From Phoronis australis (lineage: Eukaryota > Animalia > Phoronida): a stretch of 64,000 bases of DNA. Within the stretch, counting starts at the first letter, position 1; each line of letters opens with the position of its first letter. A model generated the notes under the pieces. The model searched no databases. It was not told where the DNA came from and worked only from the letters and a program-made list of their open reading frames with translations. The position numbers and the translations under genes are program-made. Positions 27,082 through 40,300 of the stretch are shown one piece after another. The stretch spans positions 9,810 through 73,809 of the forward strand of contig NMRA01000999.1 of assembly GCA_002633005.1 (NCBI GenBank). The letters run 5' to 3'.

Positions 27082-27394
27082 TTCCTGGAAATCGAGCTTC
27101 GGCACAGGCAATCTTTCGTGAATTTAGCTTTCATGAAAAATCTTTTTCAGAGAGCGACACTCGTTTGTGCCGGATTAAAGTTTGCCCAAACATAACACAG
27201 CGTCATTTAGCCAGGTTCTGTCGATTGGTGCGCTCTGAAAGCGCAGCCATATTTTGTTTTGTTAGCTTAAACCACAGCTGCATTATAAGCAGTCATTCCT
27301 GACTCAGCGAGCAGACGAACAGGAAATCGCATAGCCGGAAATCCAATCAAGTGGCCAATCCGTCGCAGTGCACGCGCACTTGAATGCGAGTAAA
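27082..27394 (+). promoter_or_regulatory. Putative IRF promoter and first non-coding exon
   Basis: GAS palindrome TTCCTGGAA 27082-27090, YY1-like GCCATATTTT ~27246, TATA-like TATAAG 27284, AP-1 TGACTCA 27300-27306, CCAAT at 27343 and 27355, and a possible donor AAG|gtttgt at 27395. No transcript data. Confidence 0.45.
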
Positions 27395-28074
27395 GGTTTG
27401 TGTACAGCAAGAATGTTTTTATTTGCGATTTTTCGTGCATATTTCGTCGTTAAGTTGCTGTTGTTTTTATCTCATTTTTGTGTCTTATCAAATTCGAAGG
27501 ACTGCAATCATGAACTTTAATCTTGAACGCCTGTTTTTATATTTTGATAATGATTAGTTACTATTTTATACTTATGCTCATACTTACTTAGTTATCAGCT
27601 GATGTCTAATAATTATGCACTAAATGACATTGTAATTAACAATGTTAAATAATTATTGTTCGCGAATGCGTTGCCAAGGAGACTGCTCTATTTGTGATGC
27701 ATTCTGTAGGCTCACATGTTCACCTGTTTTGCTTCATTTATTTTCTTCTTGCAGGATATAGGTTGGTTGAAAAAAGGAAAAATTTTAAAATTTTGAATTT
27801 AGTAATATTTCGTTTTTCTCACGATATGCGTGCATCACCATCAACATTCTACATATACAACTGTACAGTGAGTACTCAGAAAAGACAATTGCTTAGTTCA
27901 TGTGAAATTAGTTCGATAAGAGTTTCAGACTTTTGTTTGTGTTTTATTCTATTCACCATCCCGTTAATGGAAGCCATTTTCGTGCTTTTTGCATTTTGCC
28001 GGTGTTTGCGCATTCTTTATTCTACTATTTTGTTATCTTCATCAGGTGAATTAATCCCTACGTTCAAAGGCACC

Positions 28075-28345
28075 ATGGGAAGGTCAAAGCACGTGACCCG
28101 CCGTCAGACGCGAAGATTGACAGACAAAAAATCTTCAATTGAGATAGAGGAAGCTGCAGATGAAATGTATGAAAAGTTACGGATGAGAGCGTGGCTGGAA
28201 AAGCACATAAATAGTGGAAAAGTCACAGGACTGGACTGGGTCAATAGGGAAGAACGGATATTCCGTGTACCCTGGAAACACGGCTCTCTTCGCGGCTGGA
28301 CCTTTCGTGACGTCGACATATTCAAACTATGGGCCCAACACACGG
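28075..28345 (+). CDS. IRF1/2: IRF exon, N-terminal half of the DBD
   Basis: Acceptor ttcatcag at 28045, ATG at 28075, donor G|gtaggt. Confidence 0.95.
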
Positions 28346-31300
28346 GTAGGTCGTGAACCATTAAGCTTTGCACATCGCACCGTTCAGTCCACACTGACTG
28401 TGTTGCAGTAATTCTTAAATAAGAATCGTAATGAGTCGACGAGATTCTGGCGTGATCTACCCCGCCCTAACCACCATTGCTGTGACCCAGATCTCTGTGA
28501 ATCTTTGTGAATTTTTTAACCCTTCGGCATTGAACAATCTTTAATAGGCAGGCTACAATGCGCCATGACAGGTTTCTCTCTCAGTCCGTTTTCCCCGGTT
28601 GTTAAGCGTTAAGTTGTTCCTTACCAAGTCTGTACATTGCATTTGTTTTGGGCGAAAAAAACAGAGTTATCCCTATTTTACATGTGGTCTGCTTATTTAC
28701 GTTTTTTCAAATCGTTATTTCTTAATATTGAATTTATGCGAAATTAAAGTCGCAAATGGTACTGAAATGTCCCATAATTTGCAACAAAAATAATTTGATT
28801 GATTAATTGATTCTTATTCAACACTCAGAAAATCGTTACATGATTGCAACACAACCTTGTGACTAAAGACATCGTCGTGCAAAATTATATGATGGCACGT
28901 AAATTTCGTGTAATAATTTTTAATTTTCTGTTGCTTTTGGCTATTATTTTTTATTGTAAATTCTTTGATAAACACAGCATGATTATAGTTGTTTCTGTGA
29001 AAAGGAAGTTGCACGTGAAGAGTTTACAAAAATAATTCATTTTATTCCATATTATACACAAATTCGCGTTCATATAAGTTATAGTAAGCATTCACAAACA
29101 ATTAATGTGAATTTTACTCATACAAATATTTATGTTTGTTAATATGTAATGCATTAAGTTGAAGCGATTAATTATGTGACGTTATAATTGTTACTGTGCA
29201 ATGCAGTCAAATAGTTTATTGAAAAATTAAATATTAAAATTGAGCCTTGTTGAATCAGTCGGTCGAAGCTTGTCTCAAAATTTTTTCGGATTTCAGCACT
29301 TCGTAGCTTCATTTTTGTGAATTTAATATTTCACTTTGAGTTGAGTTTGATTATTTAATGTTTATGGAATTATTTTCAATATACCGTATTAGTTCATTAC
29401 CCGACCGACTGGCACTTTAGATCGAGGTGTAAAGAAAATTACTGTCTTTTCTTACTAGAATTTTTTCACAGCCACATTTATGCTGGAAAACATATTCCAT
29501 GATAAAATGTGCACGACCTGGCGTGTTTGTGCATTGCGCCTTAGTCTTACCACTCCGTTGCTAATATTGCTTCCAGTGTTGATTATCAAAAACTCAGCCA
29601 GATATTACTGTATGTAGGTCAACTGAACAGTTGGTGTACGTGAATGGAATTCTCTCAATACCTAAACAATGACATTCTACAGACATTTCGAACCTTTCAA
29701 ATACCTATATAAAATTTTCCCCAGAAAATGTATCCCAAAATATGTCGTATCTTGCTCTGAATTCTTATGAGAAGCTATTCAACTTGGCCTGTATGTTCTA
29801 CCCAAAATGCAACAGAAGGTCACCTACACTCAAACATGTGCGTACATAGCTATACACCGCGGCATCTGGGTCAAATAAACCACGGGGCAATATTTTCCGT
29901 ATACAAAAATTCTGGTCACGGCAACATAAATTAACTGAATATATTTTTATGTCATGGTTAATTTCACTAAAATACACCTTCACAAAAACCCACTTTGTGA
30001 CAAAACGTAGAGTGTTGACGATTTGTTCAATATCGGTTGTACTGTACGTGTGTCGATTAAGGACGTTTTCCATTTTAATGTCGCATTCCTGTATTGCAGT
30101 ATCATCCCTGACCGCGTTAATATCACAAAAATCAATAAGTGTGTGAAAATTGGAGGATTTTTTGTAGCAAAAACGTCCACCAGTTTATTTTTGCTTATGT
30201 CATTTTGCTTAATAAATTAAATATGAAATTTATTTTATTTCAAATAATGAAGATATTTTAATTGAATTATTTCATATCTGTCAACTCACACACATTTTTG
30301 GCACTTATTCATACATGAATACATAAATATTTACGTACCGTAAATTTTTGAGGCATTTCTGACAAAATTCATCTGAGTAAAGGATCTCTCTCCAATTAAA
30401 AAATATTTGTTTTTTGTTTTTTGTATTGCTTGTATCAAATATATATTAATTTTTTTAAAATAAGAAACTTAAGTTACCACTTAACTTGCACCGTAACGTT
30501 TGATAGAACCAAATATGTAAATGTAATTTATTTCATTTTACAGTCTCACTACGTTGTACACGTCTACTTTTTATTGTTTTTAAACGATGATCTGACGCGA
30601 TACTGATTAGTTTCTAGATCACCGCGTTTAGCTGCACCGACGTTCCTGGTGGGACCTTTAGATAAGAGTAGGAATCAAGTAGATATATTATGGTTAAACG
30701 AGGATCGCCGCAAACAAATGAAGTTCTATCCGCAAGGGTAAAAAGTCCCAAAATTTAATTTTACCTCCACAATTCATGGTCTATTGGTCAGAACGTGCTT
30801 TCATCTAATAATAAATTATAAAATCGAGTAAATAGAACGGATGAGGCATAAGATATTGTTAGATTTGTTTGCTTTCCTAGCTTAGGAAATCTTCATTCTA
30901 TATTTTTCGGAATTGTCTTTTAAATTAATGCAACACTGATTAGTCGTTATGTTACTGCGTTCTGCAGCACTGACGTTCGTGTTGGGACCTTGAGATAGGA
31001 TTTGGAATCACTGAGATATATTTTGGTCAAACGAGTATCACCGCTAACAAATGTAGTTTCTTACAATGTATGGGTAAAAAGTAACAAAAATTAATTTCAC
31101 CTCGACAATTTATGTCGTATTGCTCAGAACGTACTTTCGTCCACTAATAGAGTTTATAAAATCGAATAAATAGCACGGAGGCAACATAAGATATTGTTTA
31201 GTTAATTTGCCTGTGTGTATTAGGAAATATTTATTTTATTTATTTCGGAATTATGTGTATGCGGAATTTAATATATGTATTTTTTCGATTAAATCATGTT

Positions 31301-34300
31301 AAGGAACTGCGTAAGTGTCGTGCTGTTGTATTTTTGACATGTAGTAAGAAGTTAACTTATTATTTTAATTATTTCATTGTGAAAAATATTTATTGAACGC
31401 GAATTAAATCATCCCTTTAAATTAAAAAATATATATATTCCTCGAAGTCAACGGCAAGTTCATTTTTCCTTTCAAATTAATTACATGTGCCCTTTTCTGT
31501 CAGTGTCAAAGAGTACGTGAACCTGACCAGAGCTCAGAAAATAAGTGGGGTACACAAACGTTTGGTAACCTTTGGTAAACTGCGGTCGGATATTGTAACC
31601 TTGGCTGCTGCACAGAGTACAATAACACACGTTTACTGGAGTCATTTTAACTTTTGTGATATTGACCGCAATATCCTGAGCATCCTAAAGTGCAAATTGT
31701 GTCTGGGCGGCGTTGTATATTGCACAAAATGCCTGCACATCACAGAAAAATAGAAATAAAAATAAAAATCTTACCGACTCATTGGTTTACTTTGGTCTTT
31801 TGTTTTATTGTACGGAGATGTCAAATCATAATATCTCAGAAAACTAAAATTTATAAATCAATATTTTTTACACCAACACTTGAAGTCTTGTCTTTTATTT
31901 TATTTTTTTTTGTTCTGAGATGTCAAGTTAAATAAGTTTTTTTAACAATATACAGTGCTGTAAGTAATTATTTAAATAAGACGGGCCATATTGCAATCAT
32001 TTTATCATATCAAATTTTGATTAAAATATAAAATCTTTGGCAACAGAACTGCTTATGAAATACCCCTACTTGGCTGAGAAAATCTAAATATTTTTTTTCA
32101 AAGCTCCGTGTTTATGCTTGTTAGTTAATTTTTTCGTTTGTCGTTAGTTTTTAAATAGATTAGATTGCTGGAAAATGTTGTATATTTAAATAAATAAGAA
32201 CAGAAGTGGGCGCTGCCGTTCTTTGATCGACCACATAAAAAAATCAAAACTCATGGAAATATACTAGAACATGACAATATGTTTTTTCTTTAATATAGTT
32301 TAATAACCAAAGCTGCTTATAGCTTACCTTTTAGGTGCCTTTCGCAAACTGTAGTTAAAAGTATGCAATGTTTTCAAACAATTGACAATTTTGCGGCTCG
32401 TTATTGTCGTGATAATGCACCATGAGATAACAGAATATTTCCCAAATCCAAGTTTGTGCAAGACCTTTTTGTGGTGCGATTTCGGAACTTTTTGTAACTG
32501 CATGTAATCCTTTACAGAAGTTTGGAGAAGTTAGAACCCACTTCAAGTCTCAAAACGTGCAAAGTACACTTGTTGAACATAGGACAAATATTATCAGAAA
32601 AATAAACTACTATTTAGTCTGTCTTTCTCAGGCAACTGGGAAGTGACATTTAGACCAACGGGGTCGACCACGATTTTGGGCTTATTTTCAGAATTTTTCA
32701 GGATCTTGAGAACAACACAGGGTGTTATGATTTTAATGTAGAAAAGCAGCAAATGTCGTTCCACAAACTAGTATTCAAAACAGCAACAACAAAATAACTT
32801 TATGCATTAGTTTCTCAGTCCTTTTGTTAGTTAAACGTTTGACCATTATAGAAGCAAAGTGTTTTCGTATGATAATGTGTAGAAATAATACTGAATTGAT
32901 TTATTTTTTTTTGCAGTTAATGTTATAATTTTATCTTTGTATTCTATTCCTTACTTTTTGTTTACAATTGCGGAAACGTAGCTTGGGGTATTTTTCATGT
33001 AAATAAACGATTACACGTTAATGGCTGAGTTTGAACATTGTCTGTAACCTAGGAGATCCCAAACTTCGAAATATGGATTTTTGAAATAAATGTTGTCGTT
33101 TTCGAACACTAATTTTTTTGCAATTTTGCAATTTGTAATCTTCACGGCTTTAATATTAAATAGATTTATACCAGGAAAATCTTCAGATAGGCCGGAGAGA
33201 ACATTTCACGTCGACGTCTTTATTATAATCGCTTACTTTGTGATCACTATGAGCAGAGAGACTGACCGTCACTGAAGTAGATGAAATTGACTTTGCTGGA
33301 GTTTGATGAGGTGCCAAAAGTCGCGAGAAACGAAACTGCACTAATCATTTTAGACAGTTTACGTGTTTACACTACACACAATGTACGCATAGTGGTTTCC
33401 GTTCTATTCATTTGCACAATGTCTTGTTACTATCAAAACTGTTGGTCTCCGCCTCACCAGTAACAATGTTAGCAGAAGAAAACCTTTCACATTGCGTTTT
33501 CTGATTCAGGGACGGACCCAGGACCCTACTCCTTCCCACATGTATGACCTCAATGGAAAATGCCATCGGCATGTAGAGCACAGATACGCGGATATTTCAT
33601 CTCTAAAACTGTGATTGCCCCCACCCCCATTTATGAGGTCTTAGATTCGCCAGTGATTTGCTTTTACACGCCAAAAGTCATGATTTAATCTCGTTCATAT
33701 GAAAGTATATTTATGGAGCTTTCGAAACCGTTTCGAACGTCAAAAAATACCTGTGAGTTTCAACATTTAGAAAACTTGAAATGTCACCTTGATTTATTTC
33801 TTTGAGACAACGTAACATTCTCGACAGTTCATTCAAAATTATAATCGTGTAAGTTGTTGGTAGGGTCAATGTACAATGCGCCCAAATAATTTACCTCGAA
33901 CTTTCACAAAATTCATCTTTCAGACAAATACGACCCACAAAACGAGGACACCAAGCGATGGAAAGCCAACTTCCGTTGCGCGCTCAACAGTCTCCCGGAT
34001 GTTGAGCGCGTGAAAAACACAAGATCATACGATAGCAAGGGAAAGAATGCCTACCGACTATACAAATTTATGGAGGAGAAAAGGAAAAAGACAAAACGTA
34101 GGCTGAGTAAAATTACGACTGATCTCATCTTTTCTTTAAAAAACCTTGCATTCAAAAACAAAGTGTTGTTAATCGAGACGTTATGTAACAGCTATGTTTA
34201 TGGCCATTATTATGATTTTGATTTTGTTATTACTATCATAAAATGATTATATTTGTCAAATTAATTATAACTTTATAAGTATTACAATATTTTTTACCTA

Positions 34301-37300
34301 AACATTATCAGAAATAAGATAACGAAGACAACTAATATCATATGTATAGCTTGTCATCTATTATCTATTCCCATAAGAAGCTAGTTTGGTGTATTTTGTG
34401 CAGTATTTTTCAACTAAGCCTGTTCTATTGAATGGTATTTCGGTTACACCCCCCTTTACCAATGGCATGTCGTTCCCATAGCGACCGGTTTGGAGTAGGC
34501 TCAAAGGGTGAATAGGTATCACGTGATCTCTAACCGAGACGTTTGTTGGACCTCACCCAGACCTGGATGCTAAACAAACAAAACAAAGGGTTCACTGGAT
34601 TCACAAACAATGACCAACTGATGCCTTAACAATTGGGTTATATTACTCAAAAAGCAGGGCCATGGGAGGAGAACACATGAACAGAGCCTCCAGTCTGAGT
34701 TTTATACACTCAGATTATTAATGTGCTAGTTAAGAGTATTGTGTGCGTTAATTTGTTAATTTGTCTGGGGTCAAACCTCAAAAATCTGACTACATCAGGG
34801 ACATACTCAGATTTTTTTGAAATCGCGGATCAAGGATTTCTTAAAAAGGGGGACCCAAGTCAACAATTTGAAAAATCTAGATTTAATATAACTAAAATCA
34901 AGAGGAAACGGGTGGTCCGGACCCCTTGACCCGCCTGGATCCGCCTAGGTACATGTGCGAACTGCCCAAAGTTGATTATTTTGTTTCTTGCGTTTCTCCA
35001 AGCGTTTTGTGACTAATTTAGTAGATCAGACTAATGGATTTCTGTCTTATGACTTTGATTTGTAGACTGCAGATTTTCTGGCACACAGTCCCCATAGCAT
35101 CGTTTTGTGAAGGAGACTAATACATCCGGGTAGAGATTTTTAGCCCAAAGTAAAAAAGCAGTTCCATTGTTCAGTGTGAACCTTAATTAGGCTTTGCCTA
35201 ATTCAAATATTGTTGAGCAACTTACTTAGAGCTATAATTTACTATTTGTTTTTGTGTCTTTTAGGGTGTGGAGGGCGCAGGAGGACATCCCTGAACCAGG
35301 TACGAAGGTGTCTATCGATTAACTATGATTGCATTTATACCGCGTATGCATCTTTATCTCAGTGATAAAGTGGTCCTTATACACTTCTATACGCCTACCT
35401 TTCACTTACATGTGCAGGCGGATATACTTTGTATATGCGCATGGGTTTACTGTGTGTCCTGGATCTTTTTGAGAGCAATTTTCATTTAAATTAATTTTCG
35501 CATTCACTGAACATTCGTCAACCTCTAACGGTTTGTAATGGACAAAATGAACTTCACGCTAGGCTAGTTGTGGCTGTGAGAAACCTCTTAGCACATCTGT
35601 TCGTATTACAAAGATACCCCTGAACTGTAGTCCTGTTCGTGAGATAGAGGCGTTCTTTGTTTTTATACCTGACTTGACTTTTCACAAAAGCGTCTGATAT
35701 CGGCTCGTTTTGCGCTTTATGGCATACACTCGACTCAGAAACCTCTTCTCTACAAAATGGTTATCACAGTTCAAATCAGTTTCAATTCGTTATATTTCTC
35801 CAGGTTCCCTTCAACGGCTGCACGTGCATGACAGCCAAATGTGAAAAACAAAATCTCACGGAAGACCGGGAAGACTGCGAAATGAGGACGACAGGTAAAT
35901 ATCAAAGAAGAAACATGCGACGAGAGTTCACCATTTCAACGATAAAAATAGTTGCATTGGCGCTACTAACGGATTAACATTCTTCTTTGTCATAATCTGG
36001 GCCCACTATCTCTGTACTCGAAATCGAACTCGATAATTTTTGTTCTACTTTTCTGCGAATTCAAGATATGTGTTAGTCAACCAGTCTCGAGTACATTATG
36101 GTTTACGCGGAAAAACTATTTAGTCAAAGTTTCCCAGCATTCAACCTGTAGCTTTGAGTTTTAACTTGACTGAAATGTCACGTGCTCACTTGAAATCCTT
36201 GCACTAGTTTGTTGCTGGAATCACAGGAGCCGTTAAGTGCGAACGTGGACTAGACACATGTCTGCGTAAACCATAGTATGCTCGGACTCTGAATAAAACA
36301 ATTATCTTAAGTTCGCTCTAAAGTAGAATGGTAATTGTCAAAAATATTTTCAAGCTCGATTCTGAATACATACCTTGACCTTGGACGCGCTTGAAATTCA
36401 AGGTTACTTGTCGACCTCCGTACTTTTTCCGTATTCCACAGATGGGAGATAAATTTTGCATTGGCTGTTCAACCATTAGTCATTTTTTCTATTTATTCTT
36501 CTAAAACAGTTCTTGTAAAATAAGCGCCGTCGCATTCCCCATTTCTGACGTACATGTCACTACGAACGCATTGAAATGTTATCATTGATAAATCTTTAGG
36601 TTTTACAGATTTAAAACACAAATTTCAGTAGACGTTATTCCAATATAACTGACGCAAGGGTGATGGAAACAAACATGCCCTCACCGTTTTCACTCCTAAG
36701 TTGCGACATATTTTGGCTTGTTCATCTTGTAGTACTCGACAGCTGCGAACAGCGCCCATTCTCGGAAGTGGACCAGACGCCTTCTTCCAGCCGTCGGTCG
36801 AGTTACCAACCCCAACAAAGCGTCGCGGAACTTGATCTGAACGGTAACAAAGTGCCAGCTATAAGCCATGAAGAGGAGGTGACAACATTGAGTGAGTAAA
36901 GACAGTGGCCAGGAGACTGTTCTTGTACCATGAAATTCTGTTACGAGATTTAGACTTTTAATTGTGGCTCCACAGTGCGGCAACATTTCAGACTCGCCTC
37001 TGAAACTGGTCAAAATGAATGATAGTGGTCGACAACAATTTCTGAGATCAACCTGTGGACCAATACTTACGCGAGCCCTTTGTGTAAGTCGAGTGTAACC
37101 TGCTTCGCACTTAAGTGACCCTCTAAACGGGAAACTTTTCACTCTAGAATTGTAACTCAGTTTTGTATCAGCTCCTACTATTTCTGATTTCTTTGTAGCG
37201 CCATCGCCATCTTCAACCGGTATGTCAGACGAAGAAGTCTTGGAAGTAAGTTGAAATTACCTCGAAGTGTTTTACACAACAATTCAAACATTAATGGACC

Positions 37301-40300
37301 TTGAACTATATAAAACGATAAAGCAAATTAAGTTCAGTGGTAGGAATAGACCACTCAACGGGTGCAAATGCAGTTGACTAAATATCTGATTTCCGACAGG
37401 TTAATCAACTAAAATGTCATCGACGACTAAGACCGTCGCCGAGGTGATTTTGGTTTTCATTGACCTCTGTCCACTAAAGCATGGGCCGCGCAACACTGAA
37501 ATAAGTGGAGGGGAGCTATATCCCCCGGCCCCCTCTGGTGTGAAGGCCATGTAAAGGTGGGCATTTGACAGCAGGAATGACGTGCGTCGTTGTTCTAGTA
37601 ACTAAATTATGCGTTCGAGTCAATGAAGGGAGGGGGGTTACTTAAACCAATTCAGAAATAAAACTTTGCGTTGCAGTTACAAATGTTGGGCTTCGAGATG
37701 TAAGCTGTGAACGTTGGGGCAATTGTCTGTGGACAACTCTCAGAGTTTTGTTCTAGTTTTCATGTATTTTGCCCTGTGATGGGTTATCGTTTGCGGAAGA
37801 GGCGACTTGGTTTCCGGAAGTTTGGTGTTAACAGCAAAATCAAATGTCTTTTTGCAGAGTACTGGGTCACGTGAGTCTCTTTCCTGTTGGCACATATTTA
37901 TCAATTATTAGTTTATTTACACTTAATCATACTATTGTCGTATCTGTGTGAGCATTGCGCATGCCGCTGGGATTTCGTTCACAACACGGTCACGGTGTTG
38001 TTTCATCGGGAAAGATCGGTTAATTTCGTAGCTTCAAATATCTCATCGGAGATGAACGTGATTTGTAAAATTCTTCTGGCAAATCATTGTTCAGTTTGAA
38101 AGTCACGTGATAGTGATTCAGGTCAACATAATGCGAATCGTGCAACTTTTGAATGTTTTCATAAAACTCATGATAGCCTCTCACGCATTTCGTATAATTT
38201 TAGAGAATATTGTATGAAGCACAACGTGAAAGTTTCATACAAATCCAATCAGTCTTTATTTCCGGTTGCATGAAACAGTCCCAAACGGACTCGACTAAGT
38301 TCCCAAAATCTTCGCGTATTTGTTGTGTTCAACGCTCACAGATGTTACATTTTTCTATAATTTTATCTTTATTATGAGATCCTCTTTGATTAATGACATT
38401 TCGTAATGATGTAACTAAAAACTGAGCCCTTAATTAAGTCGTAATAATTAGGAACTATGTCCTTTAATGAGGTGCGTTGCATGAAAAGTTTTTTGCAATA
38501 GTATGATAATTTAACTTAGAGTTCACTCACGATCTGTAGCAAAGTCAAACATATGTAGTTATAACACTCAAACATCGTAAGAAAGGACAACCAATGTTTT
38601 CTCAAGCCCTGAACGTGCATTGAGATGTAGGGAACTTAGTTGTGTCTCTATTTCGAGCTATATCAGGCAACCGGAGACTTGTTCTTTAATGGACGCTCGT
38701 ATTTTCCGCGCGTGAAGTGCAGTGTACGCTATACGAACACGGCGCCGTGAAAACTGTTGACGATCAAAAATTACCAGCGCCATTTACGGGTAATACCATT
38801 CCACCCAGCGGCCAATGATACCGTGGCCTGCAGATGTTTTACATTACGCCATGTGTACGAAAAGCTACGAGAATACCCGAGGTGTCCCGGATAGGGTTGT
38901 TTGTGTCCCTCCGCGATGACGCGCCGTTTGATTGGCTTCACTTCAATATTTTTAGTGATAAGCCGGCACTGTTGACTCACACACTAAGGTAAAAATCTTG
39001 ATAGTCAACCAAGGCTAAGCGTCGTTATTGGCTTTGGGCTATTTTTAGCCCTAGTGTTTTATTTGCTGGTTATTAATTGAATTAAGCAGTCTTCTGGATC
39101 ATGGCCATTGTTTCGCGCAAAATGAAGTGGGTTATCTCAAGTGTTTGTTCCTCGACCGCAATATCTGCGTGTTATCATTCCGCCCAAGTCAATCATTAGT
39201 TAGTTCGACAATAGTCCGTACAGAAATTCTTTATGACTCAGGTCGGCAGGTATGAAATCAGTTTGCTTCTAAGAACAGATTATAAGCGAGTTTTAATCCA
39301 AACGAACGCGGTTTGCGTAACCCTGATTTTCTGGCATAGATAATTTCGAGTTATTGCACGAGCTTAAGTTACGGCTGTCCCAGTTCGATGAGAAGACTGG
39401 TTCTGAATATTATAATTATATGCACTTGTATGGCTGAAGGTACACGTGTACTAAAAATCGTCAAAAGATTTGCGAACCACATACTTTTTTTTAATCAGAG
39501 GTTTCACATCGTCAGGCGTACCATTGAATCATACGCACGAGCATCACATCTTACGCACGAACCAAGGCTATGAATCGTGTATAGGAACTCATGAATTGTA
39601 CATGCATCCACGAACCAAAACATCACACATGTGAACACAAAAATACGCATGCGCATCCCCTCAAGTCACCTGTTTGTGCACGTGACTCGATGCTCGTGTG
39701 TATGATTTTTGTGGTCGTCATGTGGTTTTTGTTCGTATGCATGACTTTTGGGTTCGAGTGCGTGATTCGTTGGTTCTTAGGCATGATTCGTAGGCTCATA
39801 GGTGATTCGTGCTTAAGATGCGATCAAACCAACTCCTCAGCAGCGCCATCTATATGTTGCTTGCAGCCTCTCCGCAAGCAGTAACTGATGGCATAAACTG
39901 ATGTATAAGTGTGTACTGGCATCAAAAATAAATTTGTATCATGATGGTCGTATTCCACGTATGCGAGTCAATTAACGCGGTGCCCTTGACATTTAGGGAA
40001 ATGGTCATAGAATGGTATCGAGTTATCTGTCAACCTCTCAAACTAAGAGCCTGGTGCTATAAATGGGATAGTTGAATAACCGATAACAAAAATCCAAGAA
40101 ATGAGATAACATTAACAGAAGTGTAGTGGATGATGCGTAATGGTAATTTGTAAATACTTTTGTCATTTCCTGATGACCTGTTGGTGAATGAAGGATTGCC
40201 AATATGGTTGTCACTTAAAATACTACAAAATAGTTATAAATAGGAACTTATCAACAGAGTGACTGGCCGATTAAAACATCCCGATCAGACAGGAGTCAAC

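Noticed and set aside
27694-28074. N-terminal 127 aa of the 220-aa ORF as part of the IRF protein
   Set aside because: It is T-rich intronic sequence ending in a clear acceptor at 28045. The Kozak ATG at 28075 is the likely start.
29480-29560. hAT transposase remnant (FVHCA)
   Set aside because: A single 5-residue match without the following H..NL or any other transposase motif.
37677-37699. 23-nt candidate IRF exon (ttgcag...gtaagc)
   Set aside because: Its phase (0 to 2) cannot be joined to downstream exons without a premature stop.
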